Shown here one piece after another: positions 51,753 through 63,526 of a stretch of DNA of 64,000 bases. Position numbers and translations under genes: made by a program. Origin of the DNA: Alphaproteobacteria bacterium (GTDB taxonomy: Bacteria; Pseudomonadota; Alphaproteobacteria; GCA-2731375); contig CBDDBZ010000028.1 of the NCBI GenBank assembly GCA_965225945.1, positions 64,001 through 128,000 on the forward strand, given 5' to 3'. Position 1 is the stretch's first letter; each line of letters opens with the position of its first letter. Below the pieces are notes generated by a model. That model searched no databases. It had not been told where the DNA came from and saw only the letters and a list, made by a program, of their open reading frames with translations.

Positions 51753-52631
51753 ATGCCCGAACAACTGGTGGGACCGACCTCTCACATCTACTATTCGCAA
51801 CGCCTGCGCCTCCACTATGTCGACTGGGGCAATCCCGAGGCGCCGCCGCTCCTATTGGTGCACGGCGGGCGCGACCACTGCCGCAACTGGGACTGGGTCG
51901 CCGAGACGCTGCGCCACGACTACCACATCATCGCCCCCGACCTGCGCGGCCACGGCGATTCGCAGTGGATGATCGGCGGCGGCTACGTGCTGGCGGACTT
52001 CGTCTACGACATCGCGCAACTGGTGCATCAGACCCGGTTGGCGCCGCTCAACATCGTCTCCCACTCGTTGGGTGGGATGATCAGCCTCGCCTTTACCGGG
52101 CTCTATCCTAAGAAGGTCCGCCGCCTGGTGGCGATCGAGGGGCTGGGCCTGCCGCCCGAGCACGAGGCGGAACTGCTCGGGCGGAGCACCGACGAACGGC
52201 TGGACCAATGGATCGGCGAACTGCGCGAATTCTCCGCCCGCCAGCCCCGGCGCTATCCGAGCTTGCGCGAGGCCTGGGAGCGGATGCAGGCGGCGAACCC
52301 ACATCTGAGCCCGGAGCAGGCGCGCCACCTGACGATGCACGGCGTCAACCAGAACGAGGACGGCACCTATAGCTGGAAGTTCGACAACTACACCCGGGTG
52401 ATCGCGCCGCACGGCCTCTCTCCCGGCCGAATTCGCGACCTCTGGAGCCGGATCGAATGTCCGACGCTGCTGGTCCGTGGCAACGAGAGCTGGGCCGGCG
52501 ATCCCAACCTCGACGGCCGGCTGGAGAGCTTCCACACCGCCGAGGCCGTCAACATCGACGCCGCCGGCCACTGGGTCCACCACGACCAGCTCGACGCGTT
52601 CCTGGGATTGGTCCGGGAGTTTTTGGCGTAA
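51753..52631 (+). CDS. Alpha/beta hydrolase
   Basis: LVHGG, PDLRGHGDS, SHSLGG nucleophile elbow, AGHWVHHD. Confidence 0.92.
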   Translation: MPEQLVGPTSHIYYSQRLRLHYVDWGNPEAPPLLLVHGGRDHCRNWDWVAETLRHDYHIIAPDLRGHGDSQWMIGGGYVLADFVYDIAQLVHQTRLAPLNIVSHSLGGMISLAFTGLYPKKVRRLVAIEGLGLPPEHEAELLGRSTDERLDQWIGELREFSARQPRRYPSLREAWERMQAANPHLSPEQARHLTMHGVNQNEDGTYSWKFDNYTRVIAPHGLSPGRIRDLWSRIECPTLLVRGNESWAGDPNLDGRLESFHTAEAVNIDAAGHWVHHDQLDAFLGLVREFLA

Positions 52632-52650
52632 AGGAAACCGCGGCGCCCCC

Positions 52651-53139
52651 TCAGCCACCGCTCTCGGCGGCGAGGAGGGCGCACCAGTCGGGACGGCGGC
52701 CGCCGTCGTAGGCGCGGGCGTGGCCACTTCGGAGCATCTCTCGGGCGAAATCGCGGTTCCGTGCATCGAGCACCCGGGCCAGGACCCGGCCCGCGAATTT
52801 GCCGTATCGAATGTCCAGCAGCCAAACCTCGCCGGTGCCGGCGAGGACGGCGAGCCGCTGCTTGGCGGCGGCGGCGGCGGCGCGTTCCTCGGGGCAACGG
52901 CCGCGCCGTTCCGGCGTGTCGATGCCGGCCAGCCGGACCCGGATGCGGACCTCTTGGCCGAGCCAGATGCGTGCCCTGACATCGAGGCTATCACCGTCGA
53001 TCACCTCCAGAACGCGGGCGGGAAGCGGACCCGGCAGGGTTTCCGTCGCCAGCGGGCCGGCCAGCAAGGCGACGACGAGGCCGACCGAAATGGCAAGCAG
53101 GGGAGCGAACGTCCGAGAAAGATAGCGCAGAGGTTGCAT
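52651..53139 (-). CDS. Thermonuclease (SNase) family protein, exported
   Basis: N-terminal hydrophobic segment; VIDGDS, VRLAGIDTPE, GRVLA, G.A..Y. Confidence 0.88.
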   Translation of the reverse strand: MQPLRYLSRTFAPLLAISVGLVVALLAGPLATETLPGPLPARVLEVIDGDSLDVRARIWLGQEVRIRVRLAGIDTPERRGRCPEERAAAAAAKQRLAVLAGTGEVWLLDIRYGKFAGRVLARVLDARNRDFAREMLRSGHARAYDGGRRPDWCALLAAESGG

Positions 53140-53376
53140 GAAATTATATATTCTTCGTGCGTGAAAATCGATCACTACCGTATTAGTCGATAATATATCG
53201 TATGACTACGCCTTAATAGAGAAAATTCAAAACATATCACGAACTCGTGATTTGGAAACCGGCCAGCGTGGGTCGTTTCCGCTCACCCCGCCGCCGCCTT
53301 CGCTTGCGCCCGGCCGGCAATCTCCGCAAGATCCGCCCGGACGGGAGGGGCCCGGCCGCGCGGGAAAGCGGGAGCG

Positions 53377-55425
53377 ATGGCGAAATCGGGCGGCATGGAG
53401 GCGCGCTACGTGATCGGCATCGACGTCGGCGGCACCTTCACCGACGTGCTGTGCCACGATCTTGCGACCGGCGCGCTCCGCGAGGCCAAGGTGCCCTCGC
53501 TGCCCGACCGGCAATGGCAGGGCGTGCTGGCGGCGATCGACGCGCTGGGTATCCGGGCGGCGGAGATCGGCGCCTTCGTCCACGGCACCACCATCGCCAC
53601 CAACGCGCTGCTGGAGCGCAAGGGCGCCAAGACCGGCTTCGTCACCACCGAGGGCTTTCGCGACACGCTGGAGATCGGTCGCACCAGACGGCTGGTCGGC
53701 GGCCTCTTCGATATCGGTTTCCAGCGCGAGCCGCCGGTGGTCAAGCGCCGTCACCGGCTGGAGGTGGCCGAGCGCATCGCCGGCGACGGCACGGTACTGA
53801 GGCCGCTCGACGAAGCGGCGCTGGGCGCGATCGCCCAGCACTTCCGGGCCGAGGGAATCGAGGCGGTGGCGATCGGCTTCATGAACGCCTATGTCGAGGA
53901 CGGCCACGAGCGTCGGGCGGCGGCGCGCCTGGGCGAACTGCTGCCGGACCTGCCGATCTCGACCTCGGCCGCCCTGGTCCGCGAGCGCGGCGAATACGAG
54001 CGCTTCTCGACCGCCGCGCTCAACGCCTATCTGACACCGACGTTTCGGCGCTATATGAAAGCCTTGCGCGACGCGCTCCGAGAAGCCGGGATCCGCTCGC
54101 CGGTCAGCATCATGGGCTCCAACGGCGGCGCCATGACACTCGAGCGGGCGGCGGACTTCGTCGTCGGCACCTTTCTCTCCGGCCCGGTCGGCGGCGTCGT
54201 CGGCGCGCTCCGCATCGCCGAGGCGATGGATCTAGACGATTGCATCACCTTCGACATGGGCGGAACCAGCACCGATGTCGCACTGATCCACGGCCGGGCG
54301 CCGCGCATCCGCCACGCCAACCAGATCGACGCCTTTCCGCTCCAGATCCCGGCGCTCGACATCCACACCATCGGCGCCGGCGGCGGCAGCATCGTCCACC
54401 TGGGCCCCGACGGCACGCTGGAGGTCGGACCCCGGAGCGCCGGCGCGGTGCCCGGGCCCGCCTGCTATGGCCGGGGTGGCGAGGACGCGACGATTTCCGA
54501 CGCCAATCTGTTGCTCGGCCGCCTGCCGAGCGAGCGGGCCTTGAGCGGCGGGCTGCGTCTGGCGCGCGAGGCGGCGCTCGCCGCCTTTCGCCGGCTGGAG
54601 CCCCAGGGCGAGGGGACGGCCGCCATCCGCCTCGCCGACGGGGCGGTGCGTCTGGCGGTCGCCAAGATGGCGGGCGCGGTGCGCGAGGTCTCGGTGCATC
54701 GAGGCTTCGATCCCCGCGCCTTCGCGCTCGTCGGCTTCGGCGGCGCCGGGCCGATGCACGTGCTGATGGTGGCGGGAGAGCTGGCGATCGCCCGGGTGCT
54801 GATCCCGCGCCTGCCGGGCCACCTCTCCGCCCTCGGCCAGCTGCTCGCCAATCTGCGCCGCGACTTCGTCCGCCCCTGGGGCGGCCGGCTGTCCGAATTG
54901 AGGCCGGCGGACCTGGCGGTCGTGGCGGCGGAAATGCGGGCGGACGGCGAGGCTCGCCTCGCCGCCGACGGCATCGCGGAAGACGCGCGCGGGCACCAAT
55001 TCAGCCTCGACATGCGCTATGCCGGCCAGTCCTTCACCCTCGCCGTCCCCTGGGCACCGGGCGAGAGCGATTGGGGCCCCACCCGCCGTGCCTTCGACCA
55101 GCGCCACGAGGCGACCTTCGGCTTCGCCGACCAGGAGAACGACGCGGAGATCGTCAACCTCCGGCTGGTCTCCATCGGCGAGACGGAAAAGCCCGAGGTG
55201 GCGCTCGCCACAGCGGCGACGGGCGCGCTCGAGTTGGAGCGCCGAGCGGTCTGGTTCGACGGCGGCTTCGCCGATTGCCCCATACTCGCCCGCGACGCCA
55301 TGGCCGAGGGGCTGAGCTTCGAAGGCCCCGCGATCGTCGAGGAGGCGGGGGGGACAACGGTGGTGCCGCCCGGCTGGCGGGTCGAGGTCCATCCCTCCGG
55401 CACGCTCGATTGCCGACGGGCCTGA
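53377..55425 (+). CDS. Hydantoinase A / oxoprolinase family protein
   Basis: GIDVGGTFTD, HGTTIATNALLE, SGP.GGV, DMGGTSTD, GAGGGS, GP.SAGA.PGP.CYG.GG. Confidence 0.94.
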   Translation: MAKSGGMEARYVIGIDVGGTFTDVLCHDLATGALREAKVPSLPDRQWQGVLAAIDALGIRAAEIGAFVHGTTIATNALLERKGAKTGFVTTEGFRDTLEIGRTRRLVGGLFDIGFQREPPVVKRRHRLEVAERIAGDGTVLRPLDEAALGAIAQHFRAEGIEAVAIGFMNAYVEDGHERRAAARLGELLPDLPISTSAALVRERGEYERFSTAALNAYLTPTFRRYMKALRDALREAGIRSPVSIMGSNGGAMTLERAADFVVGTFLSGPVGGVVGALRIAEAMDLDDCITFDMGGTSTDVALIHGRAPRIRHANQIDAFPLQIPALDIHTIGAGGGSIVHLGPDGTLEVGPRSAGAVPGPACYGRGGEDATISDANLLLGRLPSERALSGGLRLAREAALAAFRRLEPQGEGTAAIRLADGAVRLAVAKMAGAVREVSVHRGFDPRAFALVGFGGAGPMHVLMVAGELAIARVLIPRLPGHLSALGQLLANLRRDFVRPWGGRLSELRPADLAVVAAEMRADGEARLAADGIAEDARGHQFSLDMRYAGQSFTLAVPWAPGESDWGPTRRAFDQRHEATFGFADQENDAEIVNLRLVSIGETEKPEVALATAATGALELERRAVWFDGGFADCPILARDAMAEGLSFEGPAIVEEAGGTTVVPPGWRVEVHPSGTLDCRRA

Positions 55426-55576
55426 AGCTTTGTGCCGCCGAACCGAACCGCCCGCTCCCGCGCCACTCTTTTTCAAAGGCCGCTCGCGCGGCCCACCGGG
55501 AGAGCGGGGCGGCCGGGACTTACGTCGATTGGTATCTTGCCCTTTGGCATCACCGGAAGACGTCGACGAACCGTCG

Positions 55577-56152
55577 TCAGGCGTGGCCGGCGTCGAGCGA
55601 GAGAAAGGAGGGATCGATCCCCATCTTCTGGATCGAGCGCGCCCATTTGCCGTCGAGATCGTCGTCGAACACCAACTCGACGTCGGAGGCCACGTGCAGC
55701 CAGCCGTTGGCCTGGATCTCGGCGTCGAGCTGTCCGGGCGACCAGCCGGCGTAGCCGAGCGCCAGCATGCTCCGCGTCGGCCCTTCGCCGCAAGCGATCG
55801 ACTTCAAGATGTCCGCCGTCGCCGTCAGACCGAACTCCTCGTCCACCCGAAGCGTTGATTCCTGGCTGTAGTCCGTGGTGTGGAGCACGAAACCGCGCCC
55901 GGTCTCGACCGGGCCGCCGGTATGCACGTTGATCTCGCGGTGTGACGACGGGACCTCGATCTGCAACTGCTGCAGCAGGTCGCGAAACGACACCTGGTCG
56001 GCGATCCGATTGACGATCAGGCCCATCGCGCCCTGCTCCGAATGGGCACACATGAAGATGACGCTGCGTTGGAACCGCTCGTCCCCCATCGACGGCATCG
56101 CGACCAGAAGCTGGCCGTCGAGATAACCGGATTTGGTCTGATAGGTGCTCAT
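55577..56152 (-). CDS. YqgE/AlgH family protein
   Basis: LLVAMP, GAMGLIVN, GGPV...GFVLH, GYAGW.PGQL..E, AGHA. Confidence 0.94.
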   Translation of the reverse strand: MSTYQTKSGYLDGQLLVAMPSMGDERFQRSVIFMCAHSEQGAMGLIVNRIADQVSFRDLLQQLQIEVPSSHREINVHTGGPVETGRGFVLHTTDYSQESTLRVDEEFGLTATADILKSIACGEGPTRSMLALGYAGWSPGQLDAEIQANGWLHVASDVELVFDDDLDGKWARSIQKMGIDPSFLSLDAGHA

Positions 56153-56324
56153 CTCGCCCCGCGAAGTTCTGCTCTCGACATGCTACACCAATGCGCGGAG
56201 AACTGTTTCCGTTTTTTTGCCGCGGGCTTTCGCTGTCGAGGCGGGCGGGCCGCTCACGACAAGTTCAGCCGCCAACCGCCTCGCGAGCTCGGCCCCGACC
56301 CCATATGATGAGCGGAGTTTCGCC

Positions 56325-57197
56325 ATGCGAGTGGAGCAGCGAATGCGGTCTCGACTTTGTCTTCCGGGCCTCTGGCTCGCCCTCTCGGCGGAGCTCGCGC
56401 TCGGCTCCGCCGGCGGCGCGGCGGCGCAGCAGTCGGACTGGGTCGGCATCGACGAGACCAAGGCGCGCCTGATCGCGGCGGCGAGCGCCGTCGACGGCCA
56501 GCGCGGGCTCAACCTCGGGTTGCAGTTTCGGCTCGCCCGGGGCTGGAAGACCTATTGGCGCAGCCCGGGCGAGGCGGGAATGCCGGCGCAGCTCGATTGG
56601 ACCGGCTCCGAGAACGTCGCCGGGGTCGAATTGCTCTGGCCACTGCCCGAGCGCTTCACCGCCTTCGACCTCGAAACCTACGGCTATGGTGGCGAGGTGG
56701 TGCTGCCGATCCGGCTCGCCGTCGCCGATCCGGCGCTCGGGCTATCGGCCCGGGTTCTCGTCTTCTATCAGGTCTGCCACGAGATCTGCATTCCGGTGGA
56801 GGCCGAGCTCCGGCTCGACCTGCCGGCGGCGGGTGGCGGCTCCAGCATCCACGCGGAGACCATCGCCCGCTATCTGGCGCGGGTGCCGGCGCCGGAGGGT
56901 GGGCCCTTCGAATTTTCCGAGGTCCAGCTCGACGGCGCGCCAGGTGCCCAGGTGCTGCGCTTCACCATTCGCGGCGAAGACGGGCTGGAGGCGCCGGAAA
57001 TTTTGCTGGAGGCGCCCTATCCCTTCGGCTTCGGCGCGCCCGTGATCCGCCTCGCCACCGACGGCGAGCGGGCCGAAGTGGCGGTGCCGGTGCGCGCGCT
57101 GGCGAGCGACGGGACGCTCGCCGCCCATCCGGTGACCGTGACCCTGGTCGACGGCGCCCGCGCCGGCGAGAAAACCCTCCTGTTCGCCACGCATTGA
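56325..57197 (+). CDS. Protein-disulfide reductase DsbD-domain protein
   Basis: GWKTYWRSPG.AG, WP.P.RF, C...CIP. Confidence 0.85.
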   Translation: MRVEQRMRSRLCLPGLWLALSAELALGSAGGAAAQQSDWVGIDETKARLIAAASAVDGQRGLNLGLQFRLARGWKTYWRSPGEAGMPAQLDWTGSENVAGVELLWPLPERFTAFDLETYGYGGEVVLPIRLAVADPALGLSARVLVFYQVCHEICIPVEAELRLDLPAAGGGSSIHAETIARYLARVPAPEGGPFEFSEVQLDGAPGAQVLRFTIRGEDGLEAPEILLEAPYPFGFGAPVIRLATDGERAEVAVPVRALASDGTLAAHPVTVTLVDGARAGEKTLLFATH

Positions 57198-57323
57198 CGG
57201 CCGGCCCGCCATGCCGGTGGTTCTCAATCCCGAGCCCGAGCGCTATAAGGCCATCGTGATCAAACCGACCAAGGTCCGAGGCGGACCGGCGGTTCGGCGC
57301 CAGCTAGCGAAGGAAACGAAACC

Positions 57324-57809
57324 ATGACGATCAATCCCGGCGACCCCATGCCCGAGGGGCAGCTCATGACGATGACCGACGGAGGCCCGCAACCGGTCTC
57401 AACCGGCGATCTGTTCGGAGGCAAGACGGTGGTCCTGTTCGGAGTGCCCGGCGCCTTCACGCCCACCTGCTCGGTCAAGCACTTGCCGGGCTTCATCGAG
57501 AACGCCGCCGCCTTGAAGGCCAAGGGCGTCGATACCATCGCCTGCATGTCGGTCAACGACGCCTTCGTGATGGGCGCCTGGGGCAAGGAGCGCAACGCCG
57601 GCGAGGCGGTGATGATGCTGGCCGACGGCAGCGCGGAGTACGCCGCCAAGCTCGGCCTGACGCTCGACCTCTCAGGCCGCGGCATGGGCATGCGCGCCAC
57701 TCGCTTTTCGATCCTGGTGGAAAACGGCGTGGCCAAGACCGTCAACATCGAATCGAATCCGGGCGAAGCCGACGCCTCCGGCGCCGAGACCATGCTGGGC
57801 CAGGTCTGA
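57324..57809 (+). CDS. Peroxiredoxin (Prx5 type)
   Basis: GVPGAFTPTCS..HLPG, SVNDAFVM.AW. Confidence 0.95.
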   Translation: MTINPGDPMPEGQLMTMTDGGPQPVSTGDLFGGKTVVLFGVPGAFTPTCSVKHLPGFIENAAALKAKGVDTIACMSVNDAFVMGAWGKERNAGEAVMMLADGSAEYAAKLGLTLDLSGRGMGMRATRFSILVENGVAKTVNIESNPGEADASGAETMLGQV

Positions 57810-58053
57810 CCCGCGCGGGCGAGACCACGATGAAGTCGAAGTGACGGGCCTTCGTCGCCTTCCCCCAGGGACCGTGGCGCGGCCAGACTAGCGCGTTACG
57901 CCGCGCGGGCGAATCGCGCCGCTACCGCCCGGCTTGAAATTTGCCGGCGAAAGCCACATCTTGGGCGCCGCCGGGGCGAGACCAATCGGCGCCCCGGAAC
58001 GCACACCGATCCAGCGGCACGATATCCAGCCGGACGAAGAACGGAACCAAACG

Positions 58054-59190
58054 ATGAGCGTCAGACCCTATCGCGACATCGATCGCCGGCAGAGCCGGCA
58101 AATCCATGTCGGGAACGTGGCCGTCGGTGGCGATGCACCGATCACCGTGCAGTCGATGACAAACACGCTGACCCATGACGTCGACGCCACGGTGGCGCAG
58201 ATCCACGGCCTGGAGGAAGCAGGCGCCGATATCGTCCGCGTCTCCTGTCCGGACCAGGCCTCGTCGCTGGCGTTGAAGGACATCGTCGCCCGGGTCGAGG
58301 TGCCGATCGTCGCCGACATTCACTTCCACTACCGCCGCGCCATCGAAGCGGCCGAGAGCGGAGCCGCTTGCTTGCGCATCAACCCGGGCAACATCGGCTC
58401 CGAGGACCGGGTGCGCGAGGTGATCAAGGCGGCCAAGGATCACGGCTGCTCGATGCGGATCGGCGTCAACGCCGGCAGCCTGGAACGAGACCTGCTGGAG
58501 AAATACGGCGAGCCCTGCCCCGAGGCGATGGTCGAAAGCGCCCTCGACCACGCCCGCATCCTACGGGACAACGATTTTCACGAGTTCAAAATCTCGGTGA
58601 AGGCCTCCGACGTCTTTCTCGCCGTCGCCGCCTATCAGCAACTCGCCGAGGCGATCGACTGCCCGCTGCATCTCGGCGTCACCGAGGCCGGCGGCCTCAG
58701 GGGCGGCACGGTCAAGTCCTCGGTCGGCCTCGGCATGCTGCTCTGGTCGGGGATCGGCGATACCATCCGGGTATCGCTCTCGGCCGAACCGGTGGAGGAG
58801 ATCCACGCCGGCTACGAGATCTTGAAGTCGCTCGGACTGCGTCGGCGCGGCGTCACCATCATCTCCTGCCCCTCCTGCGCGCGCCAAGCCTTCCCGGTGA
58901 TAAAGACGGTGGAGATCCTGGAAGAGCGGCTGGCCCATATCCAGACGGCGATGACCCTCTCGATCATCGGCTGCGTGGTCAACGGGCCGGGCGAGGCGCG
59001 CGAAACCGACGTCGGCCTCACCGGCGGCGGTCGCGGCAACCATATGGTCTATCTCGCCGGCCTCGCCGATCACAAGATCGAGGACGAAGGGCTGGTCGAC
59101 CACATCGTCGCCCTGGTCGAGGACAAGGCGGCGGAGTTCGAGACGGCCGAGCAGGCGGCCGAGGCGCTCGCCTCGGCCGCCGCCGAGTGA
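58054..59190 (+). CDS. ispG: (E)-4-hydroxy-3-methylbut-2-enyl-diphosphate synthase
   Basis: [38 protein letters not shown]. Confidence 0.98.
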   Translation: MSVRPYRDIDRRQSRQIHVGNVAVGGDAPITVQSMTNTLTHDVDATVAQIHGLEEAGADIVRVSCPDQASSLALKDIVARVEVPIVADIHFHYRRAIEAAESGAACLRINPGNIGSEDRVREVIKAAKDHGCSMRIGVNAGSLERDLLEKYGEPCPEAMVESALDHARILRDNDFHEFKISVKASDVFLAVAAYQQLAEAIDCPLHLGVTEAGGLRGGTVKSSVGLGMLLWSGIGDTIRVSLSAEPVEEIHAGYEILKSLGLRRRGVTIISCPSCARQAFPVIKTVEILEERLAHIQTAMTLSIIGCVVNGPGEARETDVGLTGGGRGNHMVYLAGLADHKIEDEGLVDHIVALVEDKAAEFETAEQAAEALASAAAE

Positions 59191-59209
59191 GGAATTTCGG
59201 GGCCGAGTC

Positions 59210-60471
59210 GTGACGACGCTACAGCCGGTACGCGGCACCCATGATCTGCTCGGCGACGCGGCGCGACGGCACGCCCATGTGATCCGGACGGCCCGCGCGC
59301 TCGCCCATCGCTACGGCATGGAAGACCTCGACACCCCGATCTTCGAATTCACCCAGGTCTTCGCCCGTACCCTGGGCGAGGGCTCGGACGTGGTCAGGAA
59401 GCAAATGTACAGCTTCGCCGATCGCAGCGGGGACGAGATCACGCTCAGGCCCGAGTTCACCGCTGGGATCGCCCGCGCCTTCATCTCCGGCGGCATGCGC
59501 CAGCACCTGCCCTTGAAATTCTTCGCCGCCGGGCCGGTATTCCGCTACGAGCGGCCGCAGAAGGGCCGGCAGCGCCAGTTCCACCAGATCGACGCGGAGA
59601 TCCTGGGGGTGGAGGGGCCGCAGGCCGACATCGAGGTAATCGCCCTCGGCCACGATATCCTCGTGGCACTCGGCATCGCAGGAAAATGCCGGCTGGAGAT
59701 CAATTCGCTGGGCGATCCGGCGAGCCATGCCGCCTACCGCGAGGCATTGGTCGAATACTTCTCCGCGCATCGCGACGCCTTGTCGGCGGACAGCGTCGAT
59801 CGCCTGGCCCGCAACCCCCTCAGGATCCTCGATTCGAAAGATGCGAAGGACCAGGCCCTGGTGGCCGAAGCGCCGGAAATCGAGGCCTATCTGAACCCGA
59901 ATTCGCGAGAGTTTTTCGAGGCCGTGAAGCAGGGGCTCTCGGCCCTCGGTATCGATTTCGCCCTCAATTCGCGCCTGGTCCGGGGCCTCGACTATTACAC
60001 CCACACCGCCTTCGAGTTCGCGACCGATGCGCTGGGCGCCCAGGGCGCGGTGCTGGCGGGCGGTCGCTACGACGGCCTGATCGAGATGCTGGGCGGGCCG
60101 GCGACGCCGGGCATCGGCTGGGCCGCCGGGATCGAACGGCTGGCGATGTTGCTGGAGGCGGTGCCGGACGAGCCCCGGCCGATCGCCCTGGTGCCGCTCG
60201 GCGCCCAAGCGGAGGCGGCGGCGATGCGCCTCGCCCATCAGCTCAGGCGCGAGGGCTTCCATGTCGAGCATGGCTATCGCGGCAACCTCGGGCGCCGGCT
60301 GAAGCGGGCCGACAGGCTGAACGCGCGGGTCGCGGTCATCCTGGGCGAGGACGAGCTGGCCCGGGACGTGGCGACGCTCCGCGATCTCGACCGCAGCGTA
60401 CAGAGGGATGTGCCGCTCGACGGGTTGGTCCAGGCGCTCGCACCTTACCGCGAGGACTGCGGAGAGGGTCC

Positions 60472-60475
<4 letters not shown>
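59210..60475 (+). CDS. hisS: Histidine--tRNA ligase
   Basis: [41 protein letters not shown]. Confidence 0.98.
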
Positions 60476-61545
<1,070 letters not shown>

Positions 61546-61551
61546 TTATCG

Positions 61552-62442
61552 ATGACCGACGCCGGAACCGTGCGCGCGGCCTTGAGCGAAGGCACCCGAC
61601 GGCTCGCCGCCGCCGGCGTCGAGAACCCCGGCGGGGACGCGCGGCTGCTGCTCGCCTCGGTGCTGGAGGGAGATCGTCTGACCCTGTTGCGCGAGGCGGA
61701 GAGTCGTTTGGAGTCCGGGCTCCGGGCGCGCTTCGACCGGGCGATCGAGCGGCGCGCCGCCGGCCGCCCGGTCTCTCGCATCCTCCGCCGACGCTGGTTC
61801 TGGGGCCTGGACTTCGAGATCGACGACCACGTCCTCGACCCGCGCCCCGAGAGCGAAAGCTTGATCGAGGCGGTGCTGGATCGCGTCGAGGGCGAGGCGC
61901 CGCTCCACATCCTCGATCTCGGCACGGGCTCCGGCTGCCTGCTGCTGGCGCTGCTGAGCGAGCTCGAGGCGGCCCGGGGACTCGGCATCGATATCGACCC
62001 GGCGGCCCTGGTTCGCGCCCGGGCCAACGCCGAGGCCCTGGGCCTGGCCGCCAGGGCCGAGTTTCGCCGGGGCGATTGGGGCGCCGGTCTCGACGCCCGC
62101 TTCGACATCATCCTCGCCAACCCGCCCTATGTCCGCAGCGGGGAGATCGACGGGCTGGCGCCGGAGGTCGCCCGACACGATCCGCGCCGGGCCCTCGACG
62201 GCGGCCCCGACGGCCTCGACGCCTATCGCGCGATCGCGCCCTGGCTGGCGCGCCTGCTGGCGCCGGGCGGCCTCGCGGCAATCGAATGCGGCGCCGGACA
62301 GGCGCCGGCGGTGGCTGGCCTGGTCGCCCAGGCCGGCCTGCCGGCGACGGCGACCCGCGCCGATCTCGCCGGCATCGACCGTTGCCTTCTTGCCGCGGCG
62401 GAGAAAGAATCTATCGCTCGTTCGAATAAACGCTTGGAATGA
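61552..62442 (+). CDS. prmC: Release factor glutamine methyltransferase
   Basis: PRPESE, LDLGTGSG, NPPY, ALDGG.DGL. Confidence 0.96.
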   Translation: MTDAGTVRAALSEGTRRLAAAGVENPGGDARLLLASVLEGDRLTLLREAESRLESGLRARFDRAIERRAAGRPVSRILRRRWFWGLDFEIDDHVLDPRPESESLIEAVLDRVEGEAPLHILDLGTGSGCLLLALLSELEAARGLGIDIDPAALVRARANAEALGLAARAEFRRGDWGAGLDARFDIILANPPYVRSGEIDGLAPEVARHDPRRALDGGPDGLDAYRAIAPWLARLLAPGGLAAIECGAGQAPAVAGLVAQAGLPATATRADLAGIDRCLLAAAEKESIARSNKRLE

Positions 62443-62676
62443 CGACCGCCGCGCGCTAGGTTGTCGTCCGATGTTCCCGATGGAATGTTTGGTGGTCGCG
62501 CGGACTGGATTTGCCGAAAGGTGCGAGTCACGGCGACTGGTGAGGGCATCGACGAGACTTGCGGCGATGCCGAACTTCGATACCCGACGGCGATGTGCTT
62601 CCGATGGCGAATGCCATCTGGCAGACCGGCATGACGCAGGGTAATTGGACACAGCAGCGAAACATAAGATAGCGGA

Positions 62677-63294
62677 ATGAGACAAGGTCCGACGTCGAAA
62701 CGTGGGCGCGGCCGGTCCGGTGGCCGGCGTCCCTATTCAAATCAGGTGAACCGTAGCTATGACAGCAACGGTCCGGAGGTGAAGATCCGGGGCACCGCGT
62801 CCCATATTTGCGAGAAATATCAATCGTTCGCGCGCGATGCCTCGGCGTCGGGCGACCGTGTCGCCACCGAGAACTATCTGCAGCACGCCGAGCATTACCT
62901 TCGCATCGCCCAGGCCGCGACGGCGCAGCAGCAGGCGCAACAGCCCCAGGGCGGCGAGGGCGAGCCGACCGGCGGCAACGGCAACCGGGCGTCGGCCGCG
63001 GTGCCGCCGTCCGATGGGGGTGAACAGCCCGACATCGCCTTCCCGGAAGCGAGCGCGCAGCCGGCGCAGCCGGCACGGTCGTCGCGGAGCACGCACGGTG
63101 CCAAGGCGGCGAAACCGGCCGAGATTGCCGCCGAGGTCCAAGCGAACGCCGAGCAAGCGGCCGAGGCGTCGAAAATACCGAAGCGCAACGGTGAGACGGC
63201 GGACATGGTGGCTCCCACCGATAGCGACAGCTCCGAGAGCTCCGACAGCTCCGACAGCTCCGACAGTTCCGACGCCACGCCCGTGACCAGCTGA
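62677..63294 (+). CDS. DUF4167 domain protein
   Basis: DSNGPEVKIRG...I.EKY...ARDA..SGDRV..ENYLQHAEHY.R; usual prmC-DUF4167-clpB position. Confidence 0.92.
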   Translation: MRQGPTSKRGRGRSGGRRPYSNQVNRSYDSNGPEVKIRGTASHICEKYQSFARDASASGDRVATENYLQHAEHYLRIAQAATAQQQAQQPQGGEGEPTGGNGNRASAAVPPSDGGEQPDIAFPEASAQPAQPARSSRSTHGAKAAKPAEIAAEVQANAEQAAEASKIPKRNGETADMVAPTDSDSSESSDSSDSSDSSDATPVTS

Positions 63295-63359
63295 AGCTTC
63301 TCGGGCGATCGCCCCGGCGGGTGCTCCGAGGGATCGGACGCTCTGCCGCGCGCGTCCGA

Positions 63360-63387
63360 CTTGCGCGCCGAGACGCCGACCCTATCT
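63360..63387 (+). promoter_or_regulatory. Putative sigma32 promoter of clpB
   Basis: CTTG-N17-CCTATCT upstream of a heat-shock gene. Confidence 0.55.
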
Positions 63388-63526
63388 AAATGACAGGCGG
63401 GATTGCTCACCCCGAGGATCCCGCGCGGGTGGCTCCGGTTCACTCGATCTTAACCATGACCGTCTTCCATGAAGGCGTCATCGGCGGGCCGATCACGGAC
63501 GTCGGGGACGTGCTGGGGAGGAGAGG

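Noticed and set aside
62443-62676. Possible ncRNA or riboswitch before DUF4167
   Set aside because: No recognisable family motif or strong structure seen by eye.
63221-63274. 9-bp repeat CCGACAGCT in the DUF4167 gene
   Set aside because: In-frame Ser-Asp-Ser repeat in a disordered tail that is normally variable; low interest.
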